From an uncultured Gammaproteobacteria bacterium (GTDB lineage Bacteria > Pseudomonadota > Gammaproteobacteria > JAURND01), in the NCBI GenBank assembly GCA_963777715.1, contig CAVZRN010000008.1, positions 56,928-120,927 on the forward strand: a stretch of DNA of 64,000 bases, written 5' to 3'. Every line of letters begins with the position of its first letter. Within the stretch, counting starts at the first letter, position 1. A model generated the notes under the pieces. The model saw only the letters and a list, made by a program, of their open reading frames with translations. It had not been told where the DNA came from and made no database searches. The translations under genes and the position numbers were made by a program. Of the stretch, positions 1 to 11,731 are shown one piece after another.

Positions 1-544
1 GTAAATCACGCACGATCCCTTCCCCTGCTTGCCCGGCGCCAACAATCAGCACGCGTTGCGCCTGTTCGCGTTTACGAGCGATTTCCACATGATCTTTCAA
101 CCAGCGATAGCAGACGCGCGAACCTCCTAAGAAGGCGATCAGTAGTAACGCATACAAGGGAAAAATAGAGCGTGGAATAGCAACCAGTTGTGCATTTAAA
201 AATAAAATCAGGATAGTGACTAGCACGCCACTAATAACGACTTTTACAATACGTATCAAGTCGGGCAAGGAAGCAAAACGCCATATGCCACGGTATAAAC
301 CAAATATCCAATAAAATACTGCTTGTACCGGGATGACGATAGGTAAGATGTGAAGCGCTTGTTCAACAAATGATGGCGCTATTTTTCCTAGATTAAATCG
401 CAGCCAATACGCCAACCCCCACGCAATGGGAATCATAACTACGTCGTGAAAAAATACCAACCACCGTATTTTAAAACCCAAACGAATCGGATACTGTCGA
501 TTTCGCAGCACAGCAGTGAAATAGTGTTTAATGCGTCTTGGCAT
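1..544 (-). CDS. Partial CDS (N-terminus only, runs off the window edge): CapD/WbpM/PglF-like polysaccharide biosynthesis protein. It has a membrane domain followed by the start of an NAD-binding fold ([10 protein letters not shown]).
   Basis: Manual translation of the reverse strand from the ATG at 544. Several hydrophobic helices, then a GxGxxG motif. The start overlaps the ispG stop by 17 nt; an internal Met start is possible. Confidence 0.55.
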   Translation of the reverse strand, partial: MPRRIKHYFTAVLRNRQYPIRLGFKIRWLVFFHDVVMIPIAWGLAYWLRFNLGKIAPSFVEQALHILPIVIPVQAVFYWIFGLYRGIWRFASLPDLIRIVKVVISGVLVTILILFLNAQLVAIPRSIFPLYALLLIAFLGGSRVCYRWLKDHVEIARKREQAQRVLIVGAGQAGEGIVRDL

Positions 545-1742
545 AGTGCGTAACCACATACTGTTCTACCAATGCAATAAATTCGTCGGCTATCTTTGCT
601 CCACGCAACGTAGTGGATTTAACCCCGTCGATAAATACCGGCGCTGCAGGTTCTTCACCTGTACCCGGCAAACTAATGCCGATGTTGGAATGTTTACTTT
701 CCCCAGGGCCATTCACAATACAACCCATTACTGCAATAGTCATGGCTTCAACGCCAGGATAATGTTCGCGCCATTGTGGCATGCGTTCACGTAAATAGGT
801 TTGTATTTGATCAGCCAATTCACGAAAAAATGCACTGGTGGTGCGACCACACCCAGGACATGCAGTAACCATAGGTGTAAATGCACGCAAGCCCATGGTC
901 TGTAAAATTTGCTGCGAGACAATCACTTCTTCCGCGCGTTCAGCGCCCGGGGGAGGCGTTAAGGAAGTACGAATCGTATCGCCAATACCCTGTTGCAGTA
1001 ATACGCCAATCCCAATACTCGACGCAACGATTCCCTTTGAACCCATGCCTGCTTCCGTCAAACCTAAATGCAACGCATACTCACAGCGTTTAGCCAATTC
1101 CTGGTAAACTCTAATTAAGGTTTGCACCTGACTTACCTTACAAGACAGCACAATCTTATCCGGACCCATGCCAAGACTTTCAGCAAAGTGTGCACTTTCC
1201 AGCGCTGATAACACCATGGCTTCTCGCATCACCGTCGCTGTATCTTGTGGAGCAGGTAACGCAGCATTTTCATTCATCAAACGCGTCACGAGTTCCTTAT
1301 CCAAACTACCCCAGTTCACTCCGATACGCACCGGTCGGTTATGTTGCAACGCCACTTCAATCATGGTGGCAAACTGCTTGTCGTGCTTACCCGCGAACCC
1401 GACATTTCCCGGATTAATGCGGTATTTATCGAGTGCTGTTGCTAACGAGGGGTATTGGGTTAATAGTTGATGACCGTTGTAGTGGAAATCACCCACCAAG
1501 GGAACGTTGCAATTCATGGCGCGCAATGCGTCACGGATGTAGGGTACTTGCCTGGCTGCTGCTTCGTTGTTAACCGTAATGCGCACAATTTCCGACCCAG
1601 CTGCGGCCAATGCAGCCACTTGTTTGACCGTTGCTGCACAATCGGCGGTATCGGTGTCTGTCATCGATTGCACGACAACGGGCGCACCACCACCAATGGT
1701 CACATCACCGACTTTTACTGGAATGGTGTAATGTCTTCTCAT
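528..1742 (-). CDS. ispG: 4-hydroxy-3-methylbut-2-enyl diphosphate synthase (IspG/GcpE), long form.
   Basis: 404-aa ORF with strong similarity to GcpE throughout, including the C-terminal CxxC. Confidence 0.9.
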   Translation of the reverse strand: MRRHYTIPVKVGDVTIGGGAPVVVQSMTDTDTADCAATVKQVAALAAAGSEIVRITVNNEAAARQVPYIRDALRAMNCNVPLVGDFHYNGHQLLTQYPSLATALDKYRINPGNVGFAGKHDKQFATMIEVALQHNRPVRIGVNWGSLDKELVTRLMNENAALPAPQDTATVMREAMVLSALESAHFAESLGMGPDKIVLSCKVSQVQTLIRVYQELAKRCEYALHLGLTEAGMGSKGIVASSIGIGVLLQQGIGDTIRTSLTPPPGAERAEEVIVSQQILQTMGLRAFTPMVTACPGCGRTTSAFFRELADQIQTYLRERMPQWREHYPGVEAMTIAVMGCIVNGPGESKHSNIGISLPGTGEEPAAPVFIDGVKSTTLRGAKIADEFIALVEQYVVTHYAKTH

Positions 1743-1780
1743 TTAAATAGCTTATGTTAAAAAAAGTAAAGATTAAAAAA

Positions 1781-1926
1781 CTTGACGCAAAGACGCAAAG
1801 ACGCAAAGAAAAGATTAAAAAAAAAATTAAAAAACATGAAGAAAAAACTAAAAGATAAAAAAATAAATAAAAAACATTTTTTAATGTTTTATGTTTTCCT
1901 TTGCGTCTTTGCGTCTTTGCGTCAAA
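1781..1926. repeat. Palindromic element family A, copy 1. Arms of about 27 nt (CTTGACGCAAAGACGCAAAGACGCAAAG and its reverse complement) flank an AT-rich core of about 90 nt.
   Basis: Perfect inverted repeats seen directly in the sequence. Lies between ispG and the upstream citrate synthase gene. Confidence 0.85.
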
Positions 1927-1930
1927 TCTT

Positions 1931-3076
1931 TTATGTTTTCCTTTGCTCCAGTGATACAAAGGCGCGTGGTGATGGACCAATATATTCCGCGTCCGGTCGT
2001 ATCAATTTATTATTCGCACGTTGCTCCAGAATATGCGCTGCCCAACCCGATGTACGCGCAAATACAAATACCGGCGTAAACATCGGCGTGGGGATGCCAC
2101 AGAAGTGATACACACTGGCACTATAAAAATCTAAATTGGGAAATAATTTTTTCTCATCCCACATCACTTTTTCGACGCGCTCAGAGATCGGATATAACGT
2201 TGTATCACCCGCCGCATCGGCTAATTTCTTTGACCACTGTTTAATAATATCGGAACGCGGATCAGACTTAGTATACACACGGTGACCAAAGCCCATCACC
2301 AATTGCTTTTCAGCTAACATACGTCGCAGACCGGTTTCCGCTTCATCCGGCGTTTGAAATTTCTCAATCAATTCCATCGCTTTTTCATTGGCGCCACCGT
2401 GTAAGTCACCGCGCAAGGTTCCAATAGCTGACACAATGGCTGAATAAAAATCAGAACCAGTCGCTGTAGTCACACGCGCTGCAAACGTCGAGGCATTAAA
2501 TTCATGTTCTGCGTACAGAATTAATGACACATCCACGGCGCGACGGTGCAATTCATCCGGTTTACGCCCGTGAAGTAACGTAAGAAAATGCCCCGCCAGG
2601 CAATCCGCATCCGTTTGTACTTCGATGCGCTTACCATTTTGATGGAATTGATACCAATACAGCAACATCCCAGGAAAACACGCCAGCAGGCGATCAGCAA
2701 TTCTTTTTGCGTCCTGACCCTTGGTTTCGCGTTCGATAGTACCTAAAAATGAACATGCAGTGCGCAATACATCCATCGGATGTGCAGCCGATGGAATCGC
2801 CTCCAGCAATGTTTTTAATTCTGCTGGCAGATCGCGTTGAGATTTTAATTGTTGACGATATTCTGCCAACTGCGCCTTGGTTGGCAACTCACCATAGATT
2901 AACAGATAAGCCACTTCTTCAAAGGTCGACTGCGCAGCTAAATCGTGAATTTCATAGCCACGATAGGTTAAGCCAACACCCGCCTTGCCGACGGTAGAGA
3001 TAGCCGTTTGACCCGCTGTCACACCCGCCAATCCACCTTGTTTGGTTTTTTTATCAACTGCGTTCATAAATGGCAC
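1931..3076 (-). CDS. Citrate synthase / 2-methylcitrate synthase family, short form (381 aa, PrpC-like).
   Basis: The N-terminus aligns with E. coli PrpC ([33 protein letters not shown]). Confidence 0.8.
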   Translation of the reverse strand: MPFMNAVDKKTKQGGLAGVTAGQTAISTVGKAGVGLTYRGYEIHDLAAQSTFEEVAYLLIYGELPTKAQLAEYRQQLKSQRDLPAELKTLLEAIPSAAHPMDVLRTACSFLGTIERETKGQDAKRIADRLLACFPGMLLYWYQFHQNGKRIEVQTDADCLAGHFLTLLHGRKPDELHRRAVDVSLILYAEHEFNASTFAARVTTATGSDFYSAIVSAIGTLRGDLHGGANEKAMELIEKFQTPDEAETGLRRMLAEKQLVMGFGHRVYTKSDPRSDIIKQWSKKLADAAGDTTLYPISERVEKVMWDEKKLFPNLDFYSASVYHFCGIPTPMFTPVFVFARTSGWAAHILEQRANNKLIRPDAEYIGPSPRAFVSLEQRKT

Positions 3077-3104
3077 TCCGTAAAAAAATTAAAGATTAAA
3101 AGAT

Positions 3105-3257
3105 TTGACGCAAAGACGCAAAGACGCAAAGACGCAGAGAAAAGATTAAAAACAAAAAAATAAAAAACTTAAAAAACAAATATTTAATATAAAAAAACAA
3201 AAATATTTTTTAAAAATGTTTTATGTTTTTCTCTGCGTCTTTGCGCCTTTGCGTCAA
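3105..3257. repeat. Palindromic element family A, copy 2.
   Basis: TTGACGCAAAGACGCAAAGACGCAAAGACGCAGAG ... CTCTGCGTCTTTGCGCCTTTGCGTCAA flanking an AT-rich core. Confidence 0.85.
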
Positions 3258-3262
3258 AATGT

Positions 3263-4555
<1,293 letters not shown>

Positions 4556-4573
4556 CTAAAAAAACATAAAGGA

Positions 4574-4698
4574 TTTGACGCAGAGACGCAAAGACGCAGA
4601 GAAAAACATAAAACATTTAAAAAATTATTTTTTATTTAATCTTTTGATGTTTTTTCTTTTTTTAATCTTTTCTCTGCGTCTTTGCGTCTCTGCGTCAA
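4574..4698. repeat. Palindromic element family A, copy 3.
   Basis: TTGACGCAGAGACGCAAAGACGCAGAG ... CTCTGCGTCTTTGCGTCTCTGCGTCAA. Confidence 0.85.
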
Positions 4699-4711
4699 GT
4701 TTTTTAATCTT

Positions 4712-5571
4712 TTAATCTTTTTTTACCGCCTCCATAATCGCTGTTGCTACTTTTACCGCTTCAACTGTCGCTTTGACATCATGCGCACGAATAATCGTCG
4801 CGCCATGCTTTACCGCCATCACCGCCGCCGCGACACTGCCATATAATCGCTGTTCCACTGGCAAGTTTAGTAGCTCACCAATAAATAACTTTCGTGACAC
4901 CCCAACTAATATCGGTAACCCAAACGTTTTAAAGGCGTGTAAATGCGCTAATAACCGTAAATTCTGCGCGACATTCTTGCCAAAACTACCGCCACCAATA
5001 CCTGGATCGATGATGATATTGTGGCGTAAAATACCTGCTGCTATGCACGCATCGATGCGTGCCTGCAAAAATTGTTTGACCGTCGTGACAATATCTTCTG
5101 CATTATCTTCTGTATCTGGCATACCACCGTCTGGATAGGCCATGTGCATCAGACACACCGGCGTCTGCGCTTGCGCCACAACTTGTAATGCTAATGGATT
5201 GCGTAATGCGCGCACATCATTAATCAATGCTGCCCCGTGTGCGATAGCTTCCTGCATGACCTCTGGCTTACTGGTGTCCACGGAAATTGCCACTGAAGCC
5301 GGAACCGAAATATGTTTTGCTAACGCTTCAACCACCGGAATTACGCGATCCAGTTCCTGTTGCAGTGAGATGACTGGATGTACCCCGGGGTTGGTTGGCT
5401 CCCCCCCACATCAATGATGGTAGCGCCATCAATAACCATCTGCTCGGCATGCGCTAATGCGCTATCAACTTCGGTGTGGCGACCAATGGCGCAATAGGAG
5501 TTTGGGGTGATATTTAAAATCCCCATCACGTGCGGATAGGACAAATCTACGCCCTGCCACTGACTACTCAT
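4712..5571 (-). CDS. folP: Dihydropteroate synthase with an apparent -1 frameshift in a C7/G7 homopolymer at 5401-5407. Adding one G restores a full-length FolP.
   Basis: A 76-aa N-terminal ORF (…IIDVGG) and a 207-aa C-terminal ORF together align colinearly with E. coli FolP. With one extra G the junction reads GGEPTNPG…VIPVVEAL. Confidence 0.85.
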
Positions 5572-5574
5572 CTC

Positions 5575-7473
5575 TTAAGCGCCTGTCGTGGTCGTCCCAC
5601 TCTCCCCACTACCACCTTGTTGCGTCGGCGGTATGATTTCTATATCTTTATCGTCCCAATCCTTGGGTGGCGGGGCTGGACGACCAGCCAGTAATTCTTG
5701 AATCTGACTCTCATCAATCGTCTCATATTTTATCAATGCTTCCGCCATCGTATGCAATAACGGCAAATGCTCGGTTAAAATGGTCTGGGCGCGTTTATAA
5801 TTGCGATCGATGATCTGACGAATTTCTGCATCAATGGCGTGCGCGGTTGCTTCCGATACTTCCTTGCGTCGTGACATGGCGCGACCCAGGAAGACCTCAC
5901 CCTCTTCTTCGCCATAGGTCAGCGGACCCAGGGCATCGGATAATCCCCACTTAGTAACCATGTTACGTGCAATTTCTGTCGCACGCTCGATGTCATTGGA
6001 TGCACCCGTGGTGACTGCATCCTTACCAAAAATCATTTCTTCGGCTAACCGACCACCAAACAAACCCGAAATCTGACTTTCCAGACGCAGGATAGAAACG
6101 CTGTAACGATCTTCTTCCGGCAGGAACATGGTGACACCCAGCGCACGACCACGCGGGATAATACTTACTTTGTACACTGGATCGTGTTCTGGCACTAATA
6201 ACCCGACAATCGCATGCCCTGCTTCGTGATAGGCTGTCAACTTCTTCTGATCTTCACTCATGACCATCGAGCGGCGCTCTGCACCCATCATAATCTTGTC
6301 CTTAGCTTTTTCTAATTCCTCCAGGCTTACCGCACGGCGGTTAGAACGTGCAGCATACAGCGCCGCCTCATTGACCAGGTTAGCCAGATCAGCGCCTGAA
6401 AAGCCCGGTGTGCCACGTGCAATCGCCGACACATTTACCCCCGTAGCCAGTGGGATTTTACGTAAATGCACATTTAAAATTTGCTCACGACCGCGCACAT
6501 CAGGCAATGGCACCACCACCTGACGATCAAAACGTCCTGGGCGTAATAACGCCGGGTCTAATACGTCCGGTCGGTTAGTGGCCGCCATCACAATCACGCC
6601 TTCCTTGCCCTCAAAACCATCCATTTCCACCAACAATTGATTCAAGGTTTGCTCACGTTCATCGTGCCCACCACCAAGACCGGCGCCCCGATGCCGACCT
6701 ACGGCGTCAATTTCATCGATAAAGATGATACACGGCGCATGTTTCTTGGCTTGATCGAACATATCACGCACACGTGAAGCGCCAACCCCGACAAACATCT
6801 CGACAAAATCTGAACCGGAAATACTAAAGAAGGGTACATTGGCTTCACCAGCCACCGCCTTGGCTAACAAGGTTTTACCCGTACCCGGCGCGCCCACCAA
6901 TAACACGCCACACGGCATCTTACCACCCAATTTCTGAAATTTAGCCGGGTCGCGCAAAAATTCGACTAATTCTTTAACTTCTTCCTTAGCCTCATCGGCG
7001 CCCGCCACGTCTGCAAAGGTAACTTTGACTTGATTTTGATCCAACATACGCGCGCGACTGCGACCAAACGACATCGGCCCCCCGCGCCCACCGCCGCCAC
7101 CTTGCATCTGCCGCATAAAGAACAGCCAAACGCCAATTAACAGCAGCATTGGGAACCAATTAATAAAGATGTGCATCAGCAAACTTTGCTGTTCCGGTTC
7201 CTTACCCGAAACATTCACGCCTTTTTTCACCAATTCACCCAACAAATATTGATCTGGTATCGGCATATAGGTGGTGAAGGAGCTGCCATCGCGCGATATG
7301 CCAGTAATAGTTTGGTTCTCAATGGTCACATTACTCACATCGCCCTTATCGACTGACTGTAAAAACTGTGAGTAGCTTAGCTTTTGACCTTCCACCTGGC
7401 GCGGCCCAAGGCTGCTAAAAATAACCATCAATATCACGCCAATAATGATCCACAAGAGTAAATTTTTTGTCAT
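5575..7473 (-). CDS. ftsH: ATP-dependent zinc metalloprotease FtsH.
   Basis: 632 aa with Walker A/B, SRH and HEAGH motifs. Near-colinear with E. coli FtsH. Confidence 0.95.
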   Translation of the reverse strand: MTKNLLLWIIIGVILMVIFSSLGPRQVEGQKLSYSQFLQSVDKGDVSNVTIENQTITGISRDGSSFTTYMPIPDQYLLGELVKKGVNVSGKEPEQQSLLMHIFINWFPMLLLIGVWLFFMRQMQGGGGGRGGPMSFGRSRARMLDQNQVKVTFADVAGADEAKEEVKELVEFLRDPAKFQKLGGKMPCGVLLVGAPGTGKTLLAKAVAGEANVPFFSISGSDFVEMFVGVGASRVRDMFDQAKKHAPCIIFIDEIDAVGRHRGAGLGGGHDEREQTLNQLLVEMDGFEGKEGVIVMAATNRPDVLDPALLRPGRFDRQVVVPLPDVRGREQILNVHLRKIPLATGVNVSAIARGTPGFSGADLANLVNEAALYAARSNRRAVSLEELEKAKDKIMMGAERRSMVMSEDQKKLTAYHEAGHAIVGLLVPEHDPVYKVSIIPRGRALGVTMFLPEEDRYSVSILRLESQISGLFGGRLAEEMIFGKDAVTTGASNDIERATEIARNMVTKWGLSDALGPLTYGEEEGEVFLGRAMSRRKEVSEATAHAIDAEIRQIIDRNYKRAQTILTEHLPLLHTMAEALIKYETIDESQIQELLAGRPAPPPKDWDDKDIEIIPPTQQGGSGESGTTTTGA

Positions 7474-7476
7474 AAT

Positions 7477-8154
7477 CTATAACCTATAATCTATGCCTAC
7501 GAAGTAAACTTCTGGTGAACGTCCACGCGACGCATTCGGCTTACGGATCAGTACCTTCGCAAAGTGCAACCTAAGCACCCGTAAAAATACATCAAATCCC
7601 TGACCTTGAAATACCTTTAGCAAAAAATTACCGCCTGGTCTTAATACTTGCTGGGCAAAATCCCATGCCTGCTCACAAAGCTGCATGGCGCGCGGTTGAT
7701 CAATCGCTGCTATCCCACTTATATTGGGCGATATATCCGACATTACAAGGTCAACTTCAGCCGATGCGGCCGGTAAGCGTTGCCGAATGCGCATTAGCAA
7801 ACTCGCAACCACAGCATCCTCATTAAAATCACCTTGCACAAATTCAACGCCTGGCAAGGGGTCCATCGCCAGCACATCCAGCGCAAACACCTGCCCACTG
7901 TCGCCGATCTTTTGACTGGCTACTTGCGACCACCCACCTGGCGCAGCGCCTAGATCCACCACGTACATACCTGGGCGCAACAGGTGATCTTTCTCATTAA
8001 TTTCCAATAACTTAAAGGCGGCACGTGAACGATAACCCACCTTTTTCGCCTGTTTTACATAATAATCATTGACATGTTCGTTGATCCAACGAGCGCTACT
8101 ATTGGTTCTTTTCACAGGGCAATCCGGGTTGATTCTTGGCAAATAATCTCCCAT
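7477..8154 (-). CDS. rlmE: 23S rRNA Um2552 2'-O-methyltransferase RlmE (FtsJ).
   Basis: Conserved RSRAAFKL…VVDLGAAPGGWSQ motifs. Start placed at an internal Met (MGDYLP). The rlmE-ftsH-folP order is as in E. coli. Confidence 0.9.
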   Translation of the reverse strand: MGDYLPRINPDCPVKRTNSSARWINEHVNDYYVKQAKKVGYRSRAAFKLLEINEKDHLLRPGMYVVDLGAAPGGWSQVASQKIGDSGQVFALDVLAMDPLPGVEFVQGDFNEDAVVASLLMRIRQRLPAASAEVDLVMSDISPNISGIAAIDQPRAMQLCEQAWDFAQQVLRPGGNFLLKVFQGQGFDVFLRVLRLHFAKVLIRKPNASRGRSPEVYFVGIDYRL

Positions 8155-8369
8155 TTTAGAGACAATAACGCGACAATGAAAGGAAATCATGCGTTAAATC
8201 CCCCTACCCCTTTAAAAAAAGGAGGGGAGGTGGATTTAACGGGGATTTCCAGATTCACCTAAAATACTAAATTTCTTTAATTTTAAGGGGTAGACTTAAT
8301 TTTTACATAATAATCCACTGATATACTTTATAATAAGTTAGTTTAATATATTAAAAAGAGCATTTATCC

Positions 8370-9395
8370 ATGAATAACTTAACGCGTAAGGGCAGTATAT
8401 TTGCCCTGACTATCACTGCTGGTGGCGGCATTGCAGCAGGAGTGCTGCTGCTCCTGGGGCTGATTAGCGCCCCCTTCATCGGTTGGCTAGTGTTAGGCGT
8501 GATGGCTGGGCTGGTCTTGTTTTTTACTGGGCTCCTGATCTACGACTATTACAAACACCCCAATACCTCATTACAACCACCGGTTGAGGATGTGAAACTG
8601 TCTGCACCCCCAAAACCTACCCAAGAGACACAAGATCCTATTGAGAGGATCGCCTTAGGTTTAAATATTTTAAACTTGGCGTCAGCTACCTTACAGGGGA
8701 TGGAGGTACTCGAGACAAATACAGCCTTTCAACGACAGCAGGCAGCATCAATTCAGGGCATAGGTATATATGACAAACAAACAGGAGCCGCAGATGCTAT
8801 CGCAGATCAAATTGGACAAACTGACAAGGATCTCAGAGCTTTAGGTGAGATAATTACCCTTAGTTTAACTAAACTGCCTGAAAAATACAGATACAAAACG
8901 CGCGATCCCGCGCGGTGGCTAGCTATAAGGGATACAGCCGCTAGAAATTTGGATAAGGCATTGACACTGGTGAGCAGTAAGATTCTGGAAAAAGTTAAAC
9001 AAGGAAGGAACTTATCACCCACAGAAATCACGCAAATGCTTGCTATAGCTTATGAGCTAAAAGCTGTTATTGCGCATCTCGACAAAGCGATAAAGGTTGG
9101 TGTCTCCCCAAAAACAGCGACAGCGCTAGGAGAACTACGTGCATATTACAAGGCTAAAATTGAGAAGGTTGAAGCATTAACGGATGGATTATCAGCACAA
9201 GCTCCTCATACTCAATCGAAACCTGGTAGCAATGTACTGCCTACAGTACATGAGCAAAGCATATTTGCAATAAAAACATCGCAAACAGCATCAGCTGCTC
9301 AGTCGCCTGGCACATCAACCCCACCACCAATATCAACAACTGAAGACGAAACTGATCCAACCAGTTTGAGCAGTGGTAACTCACATCCAGCTTAG
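8370..9395 (+). CDS. Hypothetical membrane protein. N-terminal bilobed hydrophobic segment (two TM helices, roughly residues 10-60), a helical middle region, and a Ser/Thr/Pro-rich C-terminal tail ending near EDETD.
   Basis: Hydrophobicity pattern read directly from the translation. No recognised catalytic motif. AT-rich upstream region. Confidence 0.5.
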   Translation: MNNLTRKGSIFALTITAGGGIAAGVLLLLGLISAPFIGWLVLGVMAGLVLFFTGLLIYDYYKHPNTSLQPPVEDVKLSAPPKPTQETQDPIERIALGLNILNLASATLQGMEVLETNTAFQRQQAASIQGIGIYDKQTGAADAIADQIGQTDKDLRALGEIITLSLTKLPEKYRYKTRDPARWLAIRDTAARNLDKALTLVSSKILEKVKQGRNLSPTEITQMLAIAYELKAVIAHLDKAIKVGVSPKTATALGELRAYYKAKIEKVEALTDGLSAQAPHTQSKPGSNVLPTVHEQSIFAIKTSQTASAAQSPGTSTPPPISTTEDETDPTSLSSGNSHPA

Positions 9396-9640
9396 TTTTA
9401 TCAACTGTGCCGTAAAACCCCCTTATTTACCTCGAATTCTGATGATCCCATCATCAAAATTCAAGGATAAAGGGAGGTGCAACGGATATAGCAGCCGGTA
9501 AAGCGTTAAAAATCATCTATAATTAATTATACTTAAAGTGTTTAATATTTAGGCTTTATTGCCTATGGCTTGTGCTGAGATTTGCGCTATCTGTTCGAAG
9601 GTGAATTAACTATTGGATGAGGTGGATGAGGAGGTAATAT

Positions 9641-10006
9641 ATGAATAAACGTGATAAAAATAACAAGAATGAATTGAAAAATACTGAGTTGGAGCGACTT
9701 AAACGTGAGCCTATAGTTCCCGACCCTTCGGAAGAGATAGAGCTAGATCCAGATGACCTTACGGCATTAGATCGAAAAACGGAAGAAGCCCACGCTGCCG
9801 CACCAACAGAAGAAGTAAGGCATGACAGTAAAAAATCTGCGCCAGACCAGCAAGTGCCTACGAAATCCTCTAAAAAGAGCAGTAGCAACTCTTATCACCC
9901 GCGAGCACAACACCAAACACCATCACATATTAAACCTATGTCATCACCAGTCCACCCCACAGTGAATAGGCATAGTGGCTTTTCCGGTGGCCGTGGTCAC
10001 AAATAG
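9641..10006 (+). CDS. Hypothetical small protein, highly charged and low-complexity (K/E-rich N-terminus, S/P/H-rich C-terminus), probably disordered.
   Basis: ORF only; composition-based call. May not be expressed. Confidence 0.3.
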   Translation: MNKRDKNNKNELKNTELERLKREPIVPDPSEEIELDPDDLTALDRKTEEAHAAAPTEEVRHDSKKSAPDQQVPTKSSKKSSSNSYHPRAQHQTPSHIKPMSSPVHPTVNRHSGFSGGRGHK

Positions 10007-10111
10007 TAGGTGTTTATGTAGTGTCAGCACAAGCTGGCGCTCACCATCTTGCTAAAATTACTATTCTCAAGCAAGATAGCTATCTATACATATATACAGC
10101 ATCAATAACAC

Positions 10112-10819
10112 ATGGACTTTACTACCTTCTTTAACGGCGCAATTAGTTTACTAACGCTAAGCATCCTTGAGATCGTGCTTGGTGTAGACAATCTAATCTT
10201 TATTTCGATGGTAAGCCGCCGCCTGCCCGCCCATCAGCAAAAAGCAGCGCGGCGCACCGGTTTATTGCTCGCATTGGTTACACGTCTGGCATTGCTGGCA
10301 TCCGTGGTGTGGGTGATGGGGCTACAAAAACCCTTATTCACCCTGCTTACTTACACATTCTCCGCACGCGATCTATTATGTTTATTGGGCGGCTTATTCC
10401 TGTTGTATAAGGGTACAATGGAAATACACGGCGAACTTGAAATCCATGATGAAACAAAACCAATCGGCAAGTTCGCCAGTTTTACCACCATTGTCACGCA
10501 AATCGCCGTCTTTGATATTGTCTTTTCTATCGACAGTATATTAACAGCCATTGGTTTAACGCTAAATTTTTACATTATGGCTACTGCCATCATATTGGCC
10601 ATTATCGTAATGATCGCAGCCAGCGAACCCACCAGTCGGTTTATCCAGAAATATCCCGCCATCCGTATGCTGGCCTGGAGTTTCTTACTATTGATTGGCA
10701 TTGCGTTAGTCGCCGATGGTCTGCATTTCCATATCCCCAGGGGCTATATCTATTTCGCCGTGTGCTTCTCCATCTTTGTCGAGGCTCTCAATTCCTGGCG
10801 ACAGCGTAAGCGTAGATAA
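10112..10819 (+). CDS. TerC-family integral membrane protein (Alx/YgdQ-like).
   Basis: Multi-pass membrane protein with the TerC signature (ILEIVLGVDNLIFIS). Confidence 0.75.
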   Translation: MDFTTFFNGAISLLTLSILEIVLGVDNLIFISMVSRRLPAHQQKAARRTGLLLALVTRLALLASVVWVMGLQKPLFTLLTYTFSARDLLCLLGGLFLLYKGTMEIHGELEIHDETKPIGKFASFTTIVTQIAVFDIVFSIDSILTAIGLTLNFYIMATAIILAIIVMIAASEPTSRFIQKYPAIRMLAWSFLLLIGIALVADGLHFHIPRGYIYFAVCFSIFVEALNSWRQRKRR

Positions 10820-11730
10820 ATTGTTGTACTTCTCGATGCAGATGCGGTGATTCCACGCTAAAAAACGTAATCTCTGGCCACGAACGCATCCAGGTCAATT
10901 GTCGTTTTGCCAGTTGTCGTGTTGCGGTAATCGCCAACTCCTGCATGTCGTGTTGGGTCGTATTTCCCTCTAAATAATCCCAAATTTGTCGATAACCCAC
11001 AGCACGCATCGATGGCATATTTGCGTGTAAATCAAGGCGCTGACGCAGCGCTATCACTTCTTCAATAAATCCCTGTTGCAACATGCATTGAAAACGTTGC
11101 TCAATTTTAGTGGCTAATTTAGCGCGATCCTCTACCATTAAACCAATATTTACAAAGCAATAGGATGAAGCGGTTGTTGGCGTTTGTTGTCCAAACTCTG
11201 TAACCGTCATGCCGGTTAATGTGTGTATTTCAAGTGCGCGCTGGATACGCTGTGCATCATTCGGATTAATACGCGTTGCAGCAACAGGGTCAACAGAATG
11301 CCAGCCGTTGATGCAATGTTTCCCAGCCTGATTGCTCAGCTTCTCGCGTTAGCTGCATCCGCACCGCCATATCCGCCGATGGTAAGGGTGACAACCCTCG
11401 CTGTAAGGCACGAAAATATAACATTGTGCCACCAACCAACAATGGCACGCGACCAGCAGCTAAAATTTGTGCTATTTCAGTTCGCGCATCGACACAGAAA
11501 CGTCCAGCAGAATAAGGCCCTGTCGGATCAGTAATATCAATTAATCGATGCGGAATACGCTGCAATTCGTCTGGTGTCGGCTTGGCGGTGCCGATATCCA
11601 TGCCGCGATATACCATCACCGAATCCACGCTGATAATATCGCAAGGGAATTGCTGGGTGAGCTCCATCGCCAGTTGTGTCTTACCGCTGGCGGTGGGGCC
11701 CATTAGGCATAAGACTAGTGGTTTTGGCAT
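10788..11730 (-). CDS. miaA: tRNA dimethylallyltransferase MiaA, broken by a single-nucleotide indel near 11290-11300.
   Basis: A 146-aa N-terminal ORF (P-loop GPTASGKT) and a 140-aa C-terminal ORF. Translating the gap in the alternate frame gives [28 protein letters not shown], colinear with E. coli MiaA. Confidence 0.85.
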
Positions 11731-11731
11731 A

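Noticed and set aside
531-1760. Several plus-strand ORFs (531-794, 838-1107, 1168-1470, 1467-1760) antisense to ispG.
   Set aside because: They lie entirely within and antisense to a highly conserved gene and have no similarity to known proteins. Typical antisense ORF artefacts.
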